This document shows, one piece after another, positions 50,340 through 59,255 of a DNA stretch of 64,000 nucleotides (within the stretch, counting starts at the first letter, position 1; each line of letters starts with the position of its first letter). The stretch spans positions 480,001-544,000 of the forward strand of contig CAVUDW010000002.1 in NCBI GenBank assembly GCA_963740355.1, read 5' to 3'. A model generated the notes under the pieces. The model made no database searches. It saw nothing but the letters and a program-made list of their open reading frames with translations, and was not told the DNA's origin. Both the position numbers and the translations under genes were made by a program. The stretch is from an uncultured Gemmatimonadaceae bacterium. GTDB taxonomy: Bacteria; Gemmatimonadota; Gemmatimonadetes; Gemmatimonadales; Gemmatimonadaceae.

Positions 50340-50684
50340 GTGAAGCGACGATGGATTCGAGAGCGATTCACGGTGGCTGGTGTGCTCGTGCTCGGCGTGG
50401 CGGTCGGATGCCGATCGAGCCGCAGTACCATCGGCACGCCACTTCGTGGAACCCCGCCGACGATATCGTACTCCTGCGGCTCGACGCTCTCACTCCGCGT
50501 TCGGATCGACGCCACCAGCGCCACGATCACCGCCGACGGCGAGGGCCCCTTCACCCTGCCGCAGTCATCCGGGCGAGCGGATTTCACGGTCTATTCCGAT
50601 GACGTCCGTGTGTTGCAGATCTATCGTGGGGAGACATCGTATGGCCTGGTCAGGCGCGTGCTGCATCCCTGTACGCCGGCCTGA
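50340..50684 (+). CDS. small lipoprotein, possibly MliC/PliC-like
   Basis: Lipobox AVGC; YSC near the N-terminus and a Cys near the C-terminus with a beta-rich core. Confidence 0.5.
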   Translation: MKRRWIRERFTVAGVLVLGVAVGCRSSRSTIGTPLRGTPPTISYSCGSTLSLRVRIDATSATITADGEGPFTLPQSSGRADFTVYSDDVRVLQIYRGETSYGLVRRVLHPCTPA

Positions 50685-50712
50685 CAGTCGAGAGTGCTCC
50701 GCCGGCGAGCGG

Positions 50713-50991
50713 CTACTTGAGCAGCGGCAGGAAGAAGAACGCTGCGGCCACAATCGCGATCGCGATCACACCGAACCACGCGACTCGCGAAAGCCCAGTG
50801 CTCGCACCGCGATCCGTACCGCCGACGAGCGTTGGCATGTTTCCGTCCGCCCACGCCTCGACCGCGTCCTTCGCTTCCTTCAACCCCATGCCCGTTCGCT
50901 CGCGCAGGATCTTGATCGCCTCGATCTTTTCTCCGCGCTGCACAGCGGCTATCACATTCGCAGGCAACGGCTCGTGCATCTCGGTGGGCAT
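50713..50991 (-). CDS. small membrane protein with ribosomal L7/L12 C-terminal-like domain
   Basis: AGGAG RBS; KIEAIKILRERTGMGLKEAKDAVE followed by a C-terminal TM helix. Confidence 0.8.
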   Translation of the reverse strand: MPTEMHEPLPANVIAAVQRGEKIEAIKILRERTGMGLKEAKDAVEAWADGNMPTLVGGTDRGASTGLSRVAWFGVIAIAIVAAAFFFLPLLK

Positions 50992-51022
50992 CGAACGGAC
51001 TCCTGATGGAAGAGACGAGCGT

Positions 51023-52594
51023 TCAGCGGCGGGCGTGTGCGACGATCCAGTCTGCGGCGGTGCCAAGCACCACTGGTGACGCGAGATTGGTCGGCAACGT
51101 CGAATAGCCGGACGGGTTGCCCCCCGGCTGATGAATGAAGAGATGATTCAGCTCGGGAAACACGCGCATCGTCACATCGCGATTCCCGCCCGCGCGGAGC
51201 GCCTTCTCCAGGATTGGCGCCTCGGCCGCGATCACCTGCTGGTCGTCGCCGCCCTGCAGAATCAGCACCGGAGTCTTCACCCGCTTGGCGGTTGCGATCG
51301 GATCGTGACTGCCGAAAAAGCTCAGCCACGGCGACGACTTGAGCACTGAGTCCACGGTCACTGGCACATGCGCGAGCATCGAGTCCCGCTTCGCGACCGA
51401 CAACGTCGTGTCGTGCGTGATCGGGTAACCGACCTGGAACAGCAGTATCTCGCGGCCCGTGCGACCCGGTCCCGCCATCAACACGATGCCAGCCAGGGAC
51501 GGATCATCCACCGCCACCATCGGCGCGATCATGCCACCTTCGCTGTGCCCCAGCAGGAAGATCTTCTTCGGGTTCACGTCCGGCCGCGTCCGCAAGTACG
51601 CGATGGCCGCGAGGACGTCGTTCGCGAAGTCGCGGCTGGTCGCAGCGGCAAACGATCCACCCGATTCACCGAACCCTCGATCATCCATGCGCAACATCGC
51701 AATCCCGCGACGGCCGAGGGTATCGGCAACCTGGCGGAACAGTCGATAGCCGAACGGCACGATGCTGATGTACTCGTCGCGATCCTGGGCGCCGCTGCCG
51801 GTGATGCTGATCACGACGGGTTGCGGGCCGGTGGCGCCGTTCGGCTTCGTGAACGTGCCGCCCAGCGTGTGGCCGAACGTCGTTGGCACCGTCACCGTCT
51901 CAGCCGAATACGGCGCACCCGACGGCGCCGAGTAGTCGGGTTTGGCGAAACCGATCTTGCTCACCGCGATTCCATCGACTCGGCTGATCACCGCACCCTG
52001 CGCTGGCACACCGGCGCGGATCACGCGGCCGGTGCTGTCGCAGACGAACCACATCGTCGTTGGCCCAACCGTGGCCGTCACGGAGTCGGTCGTCAGCCCC
52101 GCGAAGGCGACAGGGACCGTGCGGCCGCCAGACGCGAGAAAAATCGATGCCGTGGCGTCTGCCTTGCCCCCTTTCCTGGCTGACACGATCATCGCCTCGA
52201 ACGCGGCGATGGAGCTGTTCACGATCGGCTGTGCGACCGACGACGACAACATGCGCTGTGGCACCGCCGGATTTCCGCCGGCAGAGATCGAGGCCACGGC
52301 TGAATCCCCCTCGATCCTGATTTCGCCGGTTGCCAACGGCGCTGCATCGGCACGCGCGCCAGGCCCGTACGCGGCAAGGGTGAGGGCGCCGAGGTGTCCG
52401 TCGGCCGAGATGCGGTTCGAGAATACCTGCCGCAGGCCGCCCTTCGCGGTCAGCTCACCATCCAGTCGCGTTGGGAGTCGCGTGAACTTCTCGATCTGCA
52501 CCGTGTCGCCGCGTACGACGCTGATGAACGCACTCTGCGCCGATGCCACGGATGCGGGAAGGCAAAGCAGGATGAGTGCGCGGCGGACGGACAT
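51023..52594 (-). CDS. secreted alpha/beta hydrolase (S9/S15-like peptidase or esterase)
   Basis: ITGSGAQDRDE, RMDDRGFGES.G, nucleophile GHSEG, LQGGDDQQV, ELNHLF. Confidence 0.9.
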   Translation of the reverse strand: MSVRRALILLCLPASVASAQSAFISVVRGDTVQIEKFTRLPTRLDGELTAKGGLRQVFSNRISADGHLGALTLAAYGPGARADAAPLATGEIRIEGDSAVASISAGGNPAVPQRMLSSSVAQPIVNSSIAAFEAMIVSARKGGKADATASIFLASGGRTVPVAFAGLTTDSVTATVGPTTMWFVCDSTGRVIRAGVPAQGAVISRVDGIAVSKIGFAKPDYSAPSGAPYSAETVTVPTTFGHTLGGTFTKPNGATGPQPVVISITGSGAQDRDEYISIVPFGYRLFRQVADTLGRRGIAMLRMDDRGFGESGGSFAAATSRDFANDVLAAIAYLRTRPDVNPKKIFLLGHSEGGMIAPMVAVDDPSLAGIVLMAGPGRTGREILLFQVGYPITHDTTLSVAKRDSMLAHVPVTVDSVLKSSPWLSFFGSHDPIATAKRVKTPVLILQGGDDQQVIAAEAPILEKALRAGGNRDVTMRVFPELNHLFIHQPGGNPSGYSTLPTNLASPVVLGTAADWIVAHARR

Positions 52595-52708
52595 GGTGTG
52601 GTTGCTGAAGGGGAGCGGAAACTTCACTCCGCAACGATGGGTCGCGTGGCCGTGCAACTCAAGTGCGCGAGCGGTGCCGTCCCTGTCAGGCGATTCCCCC
52701 GCCGGCGT

Positions 52709-53176
52709 TCATGCCCCGCCTGAAAACCCGACTTGGCGCCACGCTTCGTAAGCCACGATTGCCACGGTGTTCGAAAGGTTGAGACTGCGGCGCGCCGGGA
52801 TCATCGGCAGCCGCAGCCGATGCCCGAGGGGAAATGACGCCAGCATTTCGTCCGTGAGGCCCGTCGATTCCGGGCCGAACACAAAGACGTCGCCTGCTTC
52901 GAACGCCACCGCGGAATAGCGCGTCGTCCCTCGCGCCGAAAACCCGAAGAGCCGGCGACCCTCGCCGAGCGCGGTCAGGCACGTCTGCCAGTCCCGATGA
53001 ATCGCCACCTCTGCAAGGTCCCGATAGTCGAGGCCTGCCCGCTCGAGCTGCTTGTCCTCGAAGTGAAATCCAAGCGGCTCCACCAGGTGCAGGCGCGCGC
53101 CCGTATTCGCGCAGAGCCGAATGACGTTGCCCGTATTGGGCGGGATCTCGGGAGTCATGAGCACGATGTCGAACAC
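52709..53176 (-). CDS. trmL: tRNA (cytidine(34)-2'-O)-methyltransferase
   Basis: PEIPPNTGNVIRLCANTG, RAGLDY, FGPESTGL, RSLNLSN, YEAWRQ. Confidence 0.95.
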   Translation of the reverse strand: MFDIVLMTPEIPPNTGNVIRLCANTGARLHLVEPLGFHFEDKQLERAGLDYRDLAEVAIHRDWQTCLTALGEGRRLFGFSARGTTRYSAVAFEAGDVFVFGPESTGLTDEMLASFPLGHRLRLPMIPARRSLNLSNTVAIVAYEAWRQVGFSGGA

Positions 53177-53234
53177 GATGGCCAATCTCGCTTGGGGTGC
53201 GGTGGAGGTGGCTGCGACTGGTGCGGAGAAGCTG

Positions 53235-54581
53235 TCAGCGAAACCAGCTCACCGCGAGCGCACCGACGCAGGCGACGATCAGGATGATGCTCCCCCAGCC
53301 GCCGATCCGTGTCCACAGGCCATTGCGTGCATCACCCATGATCGACGGATCGCTGGCGAGCAGTTGCAATGCGATCACGTGCAGGGGAAGTAACACCGCG
53401 TTCACGACCTGGCTCATGTAGATGAGCGGGATCAGCGGCAGCCCTGGCAGCGATACCACGCTCACCGCTGCCACTGTCAGCCCGACGAATGCGGCATAGA
53501 ACCACTGAAAGTGATGCGAGTCGAGATCCAGCGACGCTGGTTCGCCCACGCCCTCCGCAATTGAGTATGCCGTCGCGATAGGCACGATCGCCGCGGCCAG
53601 CAATGCGGCCCCGAGCAGCCCCGCGCCGAACAACACGGTCGCGAATCGCCCGGCCAGAGGGCGCAGCGCGGTGGCCGCGTCACCCGCGTCCTTGATGTGA
53701 ATGCCGGCCTTGTTGAGCGTCGCTGCACACGCCACGGCAATTGCGAGGCCGATGATGCCCGTCAGCAGCGATCCGATCACCACGTCAACGCGTGTCCAGC
53801 GCAGGTTGTCGATCGTGATCTTCTTGTCCACCGCATACGACTGAATGAATGCCAGCCCCCACGGCGCGAGTGTGGTGCCGAGGGCCGCGGCGAGGGCGAT
53901 CCATCCCGGCGCGCTGCTCGGCATCTGCGGAATGAGCGAATTGTGCAGAACGGCCGACCAGTCGGGCTTCGCCAGCAATCCATCCACGATGTAGAGCGCC
54001 AGTGTCGAGGAGATCACCAGCAGCACGCGCTCCACACGGTGAAACGAGCCAAGCACCACCACCAGTGAGATCAGGATGCCCGACACCGGGGCGCTGATCC
54101 ATGAGGGAATGCCCACCAGCCCACCCGCGGCCGAGATGCCTGCATACTCGGCGCAGATCGTCCCGAAGTTTGCGAAGAGCAGGCCGACGACGGCGGCGTA
54201 GCCGGCACCCTTGCCCCATCGCTCGCGAATGATGCCGACGAATCCCTTGCCTGTCGCCGCCCCGATGCGCACCGCCATCAGGTGGAACTGCACCAGCAGG
54301 ATCGTTGACGCCGGGATGATCCAGAGCAACGAGTAACCGAAGTCGGTGCCAAGCACCGAATAGGTCGTGATGCCCGCCGGGTCATCGTCTGAAAGCCCAG
54401 CTAACAATCCGGGGCCGAGGACAGCGAGAAAGGCGACCAGCGCTCCACGCCCCGACGATCGGAACTGGGCAAACTTCAGTGCGATGCCGCGCTGGTGATG
54501 CGCGACCGCATGCGGCGGCGCCCCGGCCTTCTCACGACGACGGCGCGCGGCGCGTTGCGCCTTGCTGTGGATGGATGTCAC
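53235..54581 (-). CDS. NRAMP family divalent metal transporter
   Basis: GPGL...SDDDPAGITTYS..G, RIGAATGKG, LGTTLAPW, SQVVNAVLLP. Confidence 0.88.
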   Translation of the reverse strand: MTSIHSKAQRAARRRREKAGAPPHAVAHHQRGIALKFAQFRSSGRGALVAFLAVLGPGLLAGLSDDDPAGITTYSVLGTDFGYSLLWIIPASTILLVQFHLMAVRIGAATGKGFVGIIRERWGKGAGYAAVVGLLFANFGTICAEYAGISAAGGLVGIPSWISAPVSGILISLVVVLGSFHRVERVLLVISSTLALYIVDGLLAKPDWSAVLHNSLIPQMPSSAPGWIALAAALGTTLAPWGLAFIQSYAVDKKITIDNLRWTRVDVVIGSLLTGIIGLAIAVACAATLNKAGIHIKDAGDAATALRPLAGRFATVLFGAGLLGAALLAAAIVPIATAYSIAEGVGEPASLDLDSHHFQWFYAAFVGLTVAAVSVVSLPGLPLIPLIYMSQVVNAVLLPLHVIALQLLASDPSIMGDARNGLWTRIGGWGSIILIVACVGALAVSWFR

Positions 54582-54700
54582 AGCTGGATCATAACCACGA
54601 GCGGGTCACTTCCTTCGGATCACCGTGAGCGTAGAGGATTCCGCTGACGTGCCAGTCGCCCTCTTTTGCCGTGCTGGTCCGGGCACTCTATTCCGCCCCC

Positions 54701-55930
54701 ATGACAACGCCGACGCCACGATGGCCCGCAGCATACACCGTCGTGCTGCTCTGTTTCGCAGCCGCGTTCATCTCCTACATCGATCGCTCCAACCTCTCGG
54801 TCGCGGCGATCGCGATGAAGGAGGAGTTCCACTGGACGGAGACGACGAAGGGTTTCGTCCTCTCGTCGTTCTTCGTGGGCTACATGCTGCTGCAGATCGT
54901 GAGCGGCATGATCGCGAATCGATATGGGGGCAAGATCCTGCTTGGTGTGGCGGTCGTCTGGTGGTCGATCTTCACCATGCTCACGCCCGCCGCGGCGTAC
55001 ACCTCGCTGGGTGCGCTGATCGCGGCGCGCATCGCCCTCGGCCTCGGCGAGGCGGCGGTCTTTCCTGGCTGCATCAACCTCATCGGGCGATGGGTACCTG
55101 TCGAGCAGCGATCACGCGCGGTCTCGCTGGTCACGAGCGGGTTGTCGCTTGGCACGGTGTTCTCGCTGCCGGTGACGGGCTACCTCGTACGTACCTACGG
55201 TTGGCCGAACCCATTCTACCTCTTCGGTGCAGTCGGCCTGGTGTGGGCTCTGGCCTGGTTTCCGCTGATCGGCAACGGTCGCGGCATTCCCGAGGAGGTG
55301 CCGCCCACGGCTGACCGCACCATCCCGTGGGCCGCGTTGCTCCGAACACCGGCGGTGTGGGCGATCTTCGTCAATCACTTCGCGCATAACTGGCTGCTGT
55401 ACGTGCTGCTGGCGTGGCTGCCGAGTTACATCAAGGCCACCTTCGGTGTGTCACTGGCCACGGCGGGGCTACTGTCGGCGGCACCGTCGTTCGTGATGTT
55501 CGTGACGGCCAATGTCGCCGGCGCCGTGGCCGACACACAAATCGCGGCAGGCCGCAATCGAACCAGCGTCCGCAAGCTGCTGCAATCGATCGGGTTGTTC
55601 GGCGCCGCCACCTTCCTCTTGCTGGTGCCGTTCGCATCGTCCACCACGATGGGCGTGTTGCTGATGTGTGGCGCGTCGGGGTCGCTCGGCGTCTGCGCCG
55701 GCGGATTCAGCTCCAACATGTTCGATGTCGCTCCACGCCACGCCGAGATCATCTGGGGCATCAGCAACACCTCGGCCACCATCCCAGGGATCGTCGGAGT
55801 GGCGGCGACCGGCTGGATGGTCGAGCGGACCGGCAGCTACGTCTCGGCATTCGTCCTGACAGCGGCGATTGCCGTGTTTGGCGGTATCGTCTTTCTGGTC
55901 GCGGGGTCGGGGGAGCGGAAGGTCGCGTAG
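54701..55930 (+). CDS. MFS transporter (ACS/SLC17-like)
   Basis: ISYIDRSNLSVA, LSSFFVGY, RIALGLGE...FP, WLPSY, GISNT.ATIPGIVGV. Confidence 0.92.
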   Translation: MTTPTPRWPAAYTVVLLCFAAAFISYIDRSNLSVAAIAMKEEFHWTETTKGFVLSSFFVGYMLLQIVSGMIANRYGGKILLGVAVVWWSIFTMLTPAAAYTSLGALIAARIALGLGEAAVFPGCINLIGRWVPVEQRSRAVSLVTSGLSLGTVFSLPVTGYLVRTYGWPNPFYLFGAVGLVWALAWFPLIGNGRGIPEEVPPTADRTIPWAALLRTPAVWAIFVNHFAHNWLLYVLLAWLPSYIKATFGVSLATAGLLSAAPSFVMFVTANVAGAVADTQIAAGRNRTSVRKLLQSIGLFGAATFLLLVPFASSTTMGVLLMCGASGSLGVCAGGFSSNMFDVAPRHAEIIWGISNTSATIPGIVGVAATGWMVERTGSYVSAFVLTAAIAVFGGIVFLVAGSGERKVA

Positions 55931-56112
55931 TTTCCGCTGTTCCCCGCGTTCGTCCTGACAAGGACCCGCTGTCGGTGCTCGGCACGACGTCTTGCCTTCG
56001 GCGACCCCGCGGCATCCCGCTTGCGCTCGCTCGGAGTAGCCGGTAGCTCTGCACCGAACGTGCGCTGGCCCTTCGGCCAACACGCGGCACCGCCCATCTC
56101 AATGATCACCCC

Positions 56113-58032
56113 GTGACAATTTCCTGGATCGATTGGGTCATCGCGATCGCCAGTATTCTGGTCTGCTTCGTTCCGGCGCTTTTCCTCGCCAAGCGATCCG
56201 CCACGAGCACGACGGAGTTCTTTGCCTCGGGTCGCAGCGTGCCGTGGTGGCTGGCTGGCCTGTCGATGGTGGCGACGACGTTTTCGTCCGACACCCCGAA
56301 CTGGGTGACGGAGCAGGTGCGGCGCTACGGGGTGGCGGGCAACTGGCAGTGGTGGGCCTTCGTGCTCACCGGCCTCGCGACGGTGTTCTTCTTCGCGCGT
56401 CTCTGGCGTCGATCGGGGGTATTGACCGACCTCGAGTTCTATGAGCTCCGCTATTCCGGAAAGTCGGCGTCGGTGGTGCGCGGATTCCGTGCCGTCTATC
56501 TGGGCCTGTTTTTCAACTGCTTCATCATGGGCACCGTTACGCTGGCGGCGTGCAAGATTGCCAACATCCTGTTCGGCATGCCCGCGTGGCAGACGATCCT
56601 GTTTTGCGGTGTGTTGAACGTCGTGTTTGCAGCACACTCCGGCCTGTGGGGCGTGCTGGTGATCGACATGATCCAGTTCTTCATCAAGATGACGGCCGTG
56701 TTTGCGGCGGCATTCTTCTCACTGGTCGAAGTCGGACGCCGGCTCGGTGGCGAGGCCAGCGCCTGGGTTGGGCTCAAGCTGCTGGTCGGCAAGTTGTCGA
56801 CGCTGCAGGTGGTGCAGTCCACTGCAGCCAATGCACAGCCTGTGATGTCTACAGCTGATGGGAGCGGCCAGCCGATCCTCAACATGCTGCCGAACTTCAG
56901 CATGTCCGATTTGGCGCTGATGATCTTCATCATGCCGATCGCGATCAGCTGGTGGGCGAACTGGTATCCTGGCGCCGAGCCAGGCGGCGGATCATACATC
57001 GCGCAGCGCATGCTGGCGTCCAAGTCGGAGAAGGACGCGTTGGGCGGCACCCTGTTCTTCAACGTCGCGCACTATGTGCTGCGACCGTGGCCGTGGATCA
57101 TCACTGCCTTGTGCTCGATCATCGTCTATCCCGATCTGGCATCGATCAAGGCCGCGTTCCCGAATGCCGATGTCTCACTGATCGGGCACGACTCGGCGTT
57201 CCCGGCGATGCTCAAGTTCCTGCCGGTTGGTTTCGTCGGCTTGATGATCGGCGGCCTGCTGGCCGCCAACAGCTCGACGATCCTGACGCACCTGAACTGG
57301 GGCTCGTCATATCTGGTGCACGATTTCTATCGCCGCTTCATCCGTAAGGACGCGTCGGAGACGCACTATGTGAACGTCGGGCGTTTGTGCACGGTGGGCC
57401 TCTACCTGTTCGCGGCGTTACTCAGCCTCACGCTCAGCTCCGCGCAGCAGGCCTTCCAAGTGTTGTTGTCGATCGGCGCCGGTACCGGCCTGCTCTACAT
57501 CGCGCGCTGGTTCTGGTGGCGGGTGTCGGCGTGGTGTGAGATCGTGGCCATGTTCATGTCGCTGGCGACATCGCTGGCTGTCCCGTACTTCATGCCCGGC
57601 GCCAGCTTCGCCACCACCACCATCTGGCAGGTGGGCATCACTACGATCGCTTGGTTGGTCACCGCATACGTCGGGCCCGTGACCGATCGCGCGACTTTGA
57701 TCTCATTCGTGCAGAAGGTAAAGCCGGCCGGGCCTGGCTGGACGGAGATCAGAAAGGCCGCTGGCATTTCTGATGCGGAAGTTGCGCTCGAGAATCGTGT
57801 CGGTGGCGCGTTGGCTGGTTGGATCTCAGGCTGCGTGCTGATCTGGTCCGCACTGTTCGCGATCGGCAACTTCCTCTACGCGCCCGGCGATCCGTCACGC
57901 TGGCCGGCGGCGTGGATGCTGTTGGGCGTGTTCGTCGTGAGCGGGTTGGTCTTGCTGCGCGTGACGAAGCAGTTGTGGGCGGATAGTACTGCGAGTCAGG
58001 TGCGGGAGGATGCGCGGGTAGCGAAGGGGTGA
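56113..58032 (+). CDS. sodium:solute symporter family protein
   Basis: FFASGRSVPWWLAGLSMVATTFSSDTP, LWRRSGVLTDLEFYELRYSG, EPGGGSYIAQRML, ST..THLNWGSSY. Confidence 0.93.
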   Translation: MTISWIDWVIAIASILVCFVPALFLAKRSATSTTEFFASGRSVPWWLAGLSMVATTFSSDTPNWVTEQVRRYGVAGNWQWWAFVLTGLATVFFFARLWRRSGVLTDLEFYELRYSGKSASVVRGFRAVYLGLFFNCFIMGTVTLAACKIANILFGMPAWQTILFCGVLNVVFAAHSGLWGVLVIDMIQFFIKMTAVFAAAFFSLVEVGRRLGGEASAWVGLKLLVGKLSTLQVVQSTAANAQPVMSTADGSGQPILNMLPNFSMSDLALMIFIMPIAISWWANWYPGAEPGGGSYIAQRMLASKSEKDALGGTLFFNVAHYVLRPWPWIITALCSIIVYPDLASIKAAFPNADVSLIGHDSAFPAMLKFLPVGFVGLMIGGLLAANSSTILTHLNWGSSYLVHDFYRRFIRKDASETHYVNVGRLCTVGLYLFAALLSLTLSSAQQAFQVLLSIGAGTGLLYIARWFWWRVSAWCEIVAMFMSLATSLAVPYFMPGASFATTTIWQVGITTIAWLVTAYVGPVTDRATLISFVQKVKPAGPGWTEIRKAAGISDAEVALENRVGGALAGWISGCVLIWSALFAIGNFLYAPGDPSRWPAAWMLLGVFVVSGLVLLRVTKQLWADSTASQVREDARVAKG

Positions 58033-58066
58033 GGTAGCTCAACCCGAACCGTGTCAAGGCATTGAT

Positions 58067-58303
58067 ATGAGAAATGCGATTTTCTTGCCAGGCAGTTTGA
58101 TCGCGAAAGCGGATGTCTTGGCGGCGCGCGTCGGAATGTCGAGATCACAGCTCTGTGAGGCTGCGATTGTTGCATTTCTCGCAAGATCCAGTGACGCTGG
58201 TGTCACGGCCGCGTTGAACCGGGTGTACTCGATGCCGTATAAGCCAGACGCATTGCTTGCCAAGGCGACTCGTGCTGCATTGCGACGGTCAGAATGGACC
58301 TGA
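58067..58303 (+). CDS. ribbon-helix-helix antitoxin (ChpI/MazE6-like), orphan
   Basis: MRNAIFLP...AD.LA...GMSRSQL...A...FL......VT..LNRVY...W matches the ChpI-type pattern; no toxin ORF follows. Confidence 0.7.
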   Translation: MRNAIFLPGSLIAKADVLAARVGMSRSQLCEAAIVAFLARSSDAGVTAALNRVYSMPYKPDALLAKATRAALRRSEWT

Positions 58304-58378
58304 AGGCAGAGACTTTCGACTGGTAAAGAGGCAGTTCCGCTCGTGATTACGGAACCGCTTTCGATCAGCGCAGATTGC

Positions 58379-59227
58379 CTATTCCTTTTTCGGAAGTTCG
58401 CTGAGGATCTGCAGGAGTGCCAGTACCAGTCTTGGTGCGCCTCGGTATCCATCCAGCCCGCCGGAGGCAAGCTCAGATGCCATGGCGTGCATCAGACCGT
58501 ACGCCGGGCCGTCGCCTTCGTAGATCGTCTGGTGAAGTAATTCGAGATTGATCGAGATTTCAGTGCGTCCGTTCTCGCGCAGCCGTCCATATGCTTCCAG
58601 CGCGTCGCGCCAGACCGGATCTCGCGCCCAGTTTTCGGCGGATACGCTACTCGAGTGACGCATGGCCACTGGGGCTTTTTCCTCGACACTGTGAGCTTGC
58701 ACTTCAGCTGGCTCAGCCTGACTCTGCAGTGGGTAGATCTCGAACTCTTTGTCATTCTTTTCGGAGACGAAAAACACGAATGATCGGTGAATGCCTCTGA
58801 CCACGTGCGGTTTGAAGCGGTTCGCTTTCCGAAGACTGGCCCAGTCGTATCGCCAGACTTTTCTCGGAGAGTAGTTATCGTTGAGGCTGACAAAGACCAA
58901 ACCGTCTGGGCCGTCTTCGCTATCAGCTGTTGGAATCGCACTTGTTTTCTGCCACCCTGACGCGCGTCCGCGTCTGGTTTTCACGGAAAGTCTGCCGCCA
59001 TCAGTCGCAGCCAAGTCATGTTCGTGCGACTCATCGAGCAGAGCGCCTCCAATGATCACCTTGGCGTACATCTCACCGAGCGCCGCGACTTACTCAGACC
59101 CCTTGAAGTTCTTCTCTGGCGCGTATCGCTGGATTGCATGTCGGACGCGCTCCTGAAACGCCTCCTGTCCCGAAAATAGCTGTGTGAATTCTGCTACGAC
59201 CTGCTCGATCCGGTTCCCTGTGTTCAT
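58379..59227 (-). pseudogene. putative PD-(D/E)xK-like nuclease gene interrupted by an in-frame TAA
   Basis: ORFs 59090..59227 and 58379..59071 share a frame and are separated only by TAA at 59090-59092: ...KNFKGSE*VAALGEMYAK...HDL...LSVKTR. Confidence 0.6.
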
Positions 59228-59255
59228 TGGTGAGATTTTCCCCTTTGAGCGGTTG

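Noticed and set aside
50713..50991. Calling this gene rplL
   Set aside because: It lacks the N-terminal dimerisation domain, has a TM helix, and is not in an rplJ/rpoB context.
58033..58066. GGTAGCTCAA at the island boundary as a tRNA or att remnant
   Set aside because: Only a D-arm-like 10-mer is present; no cloverleaf, T-arm or CCA follows.
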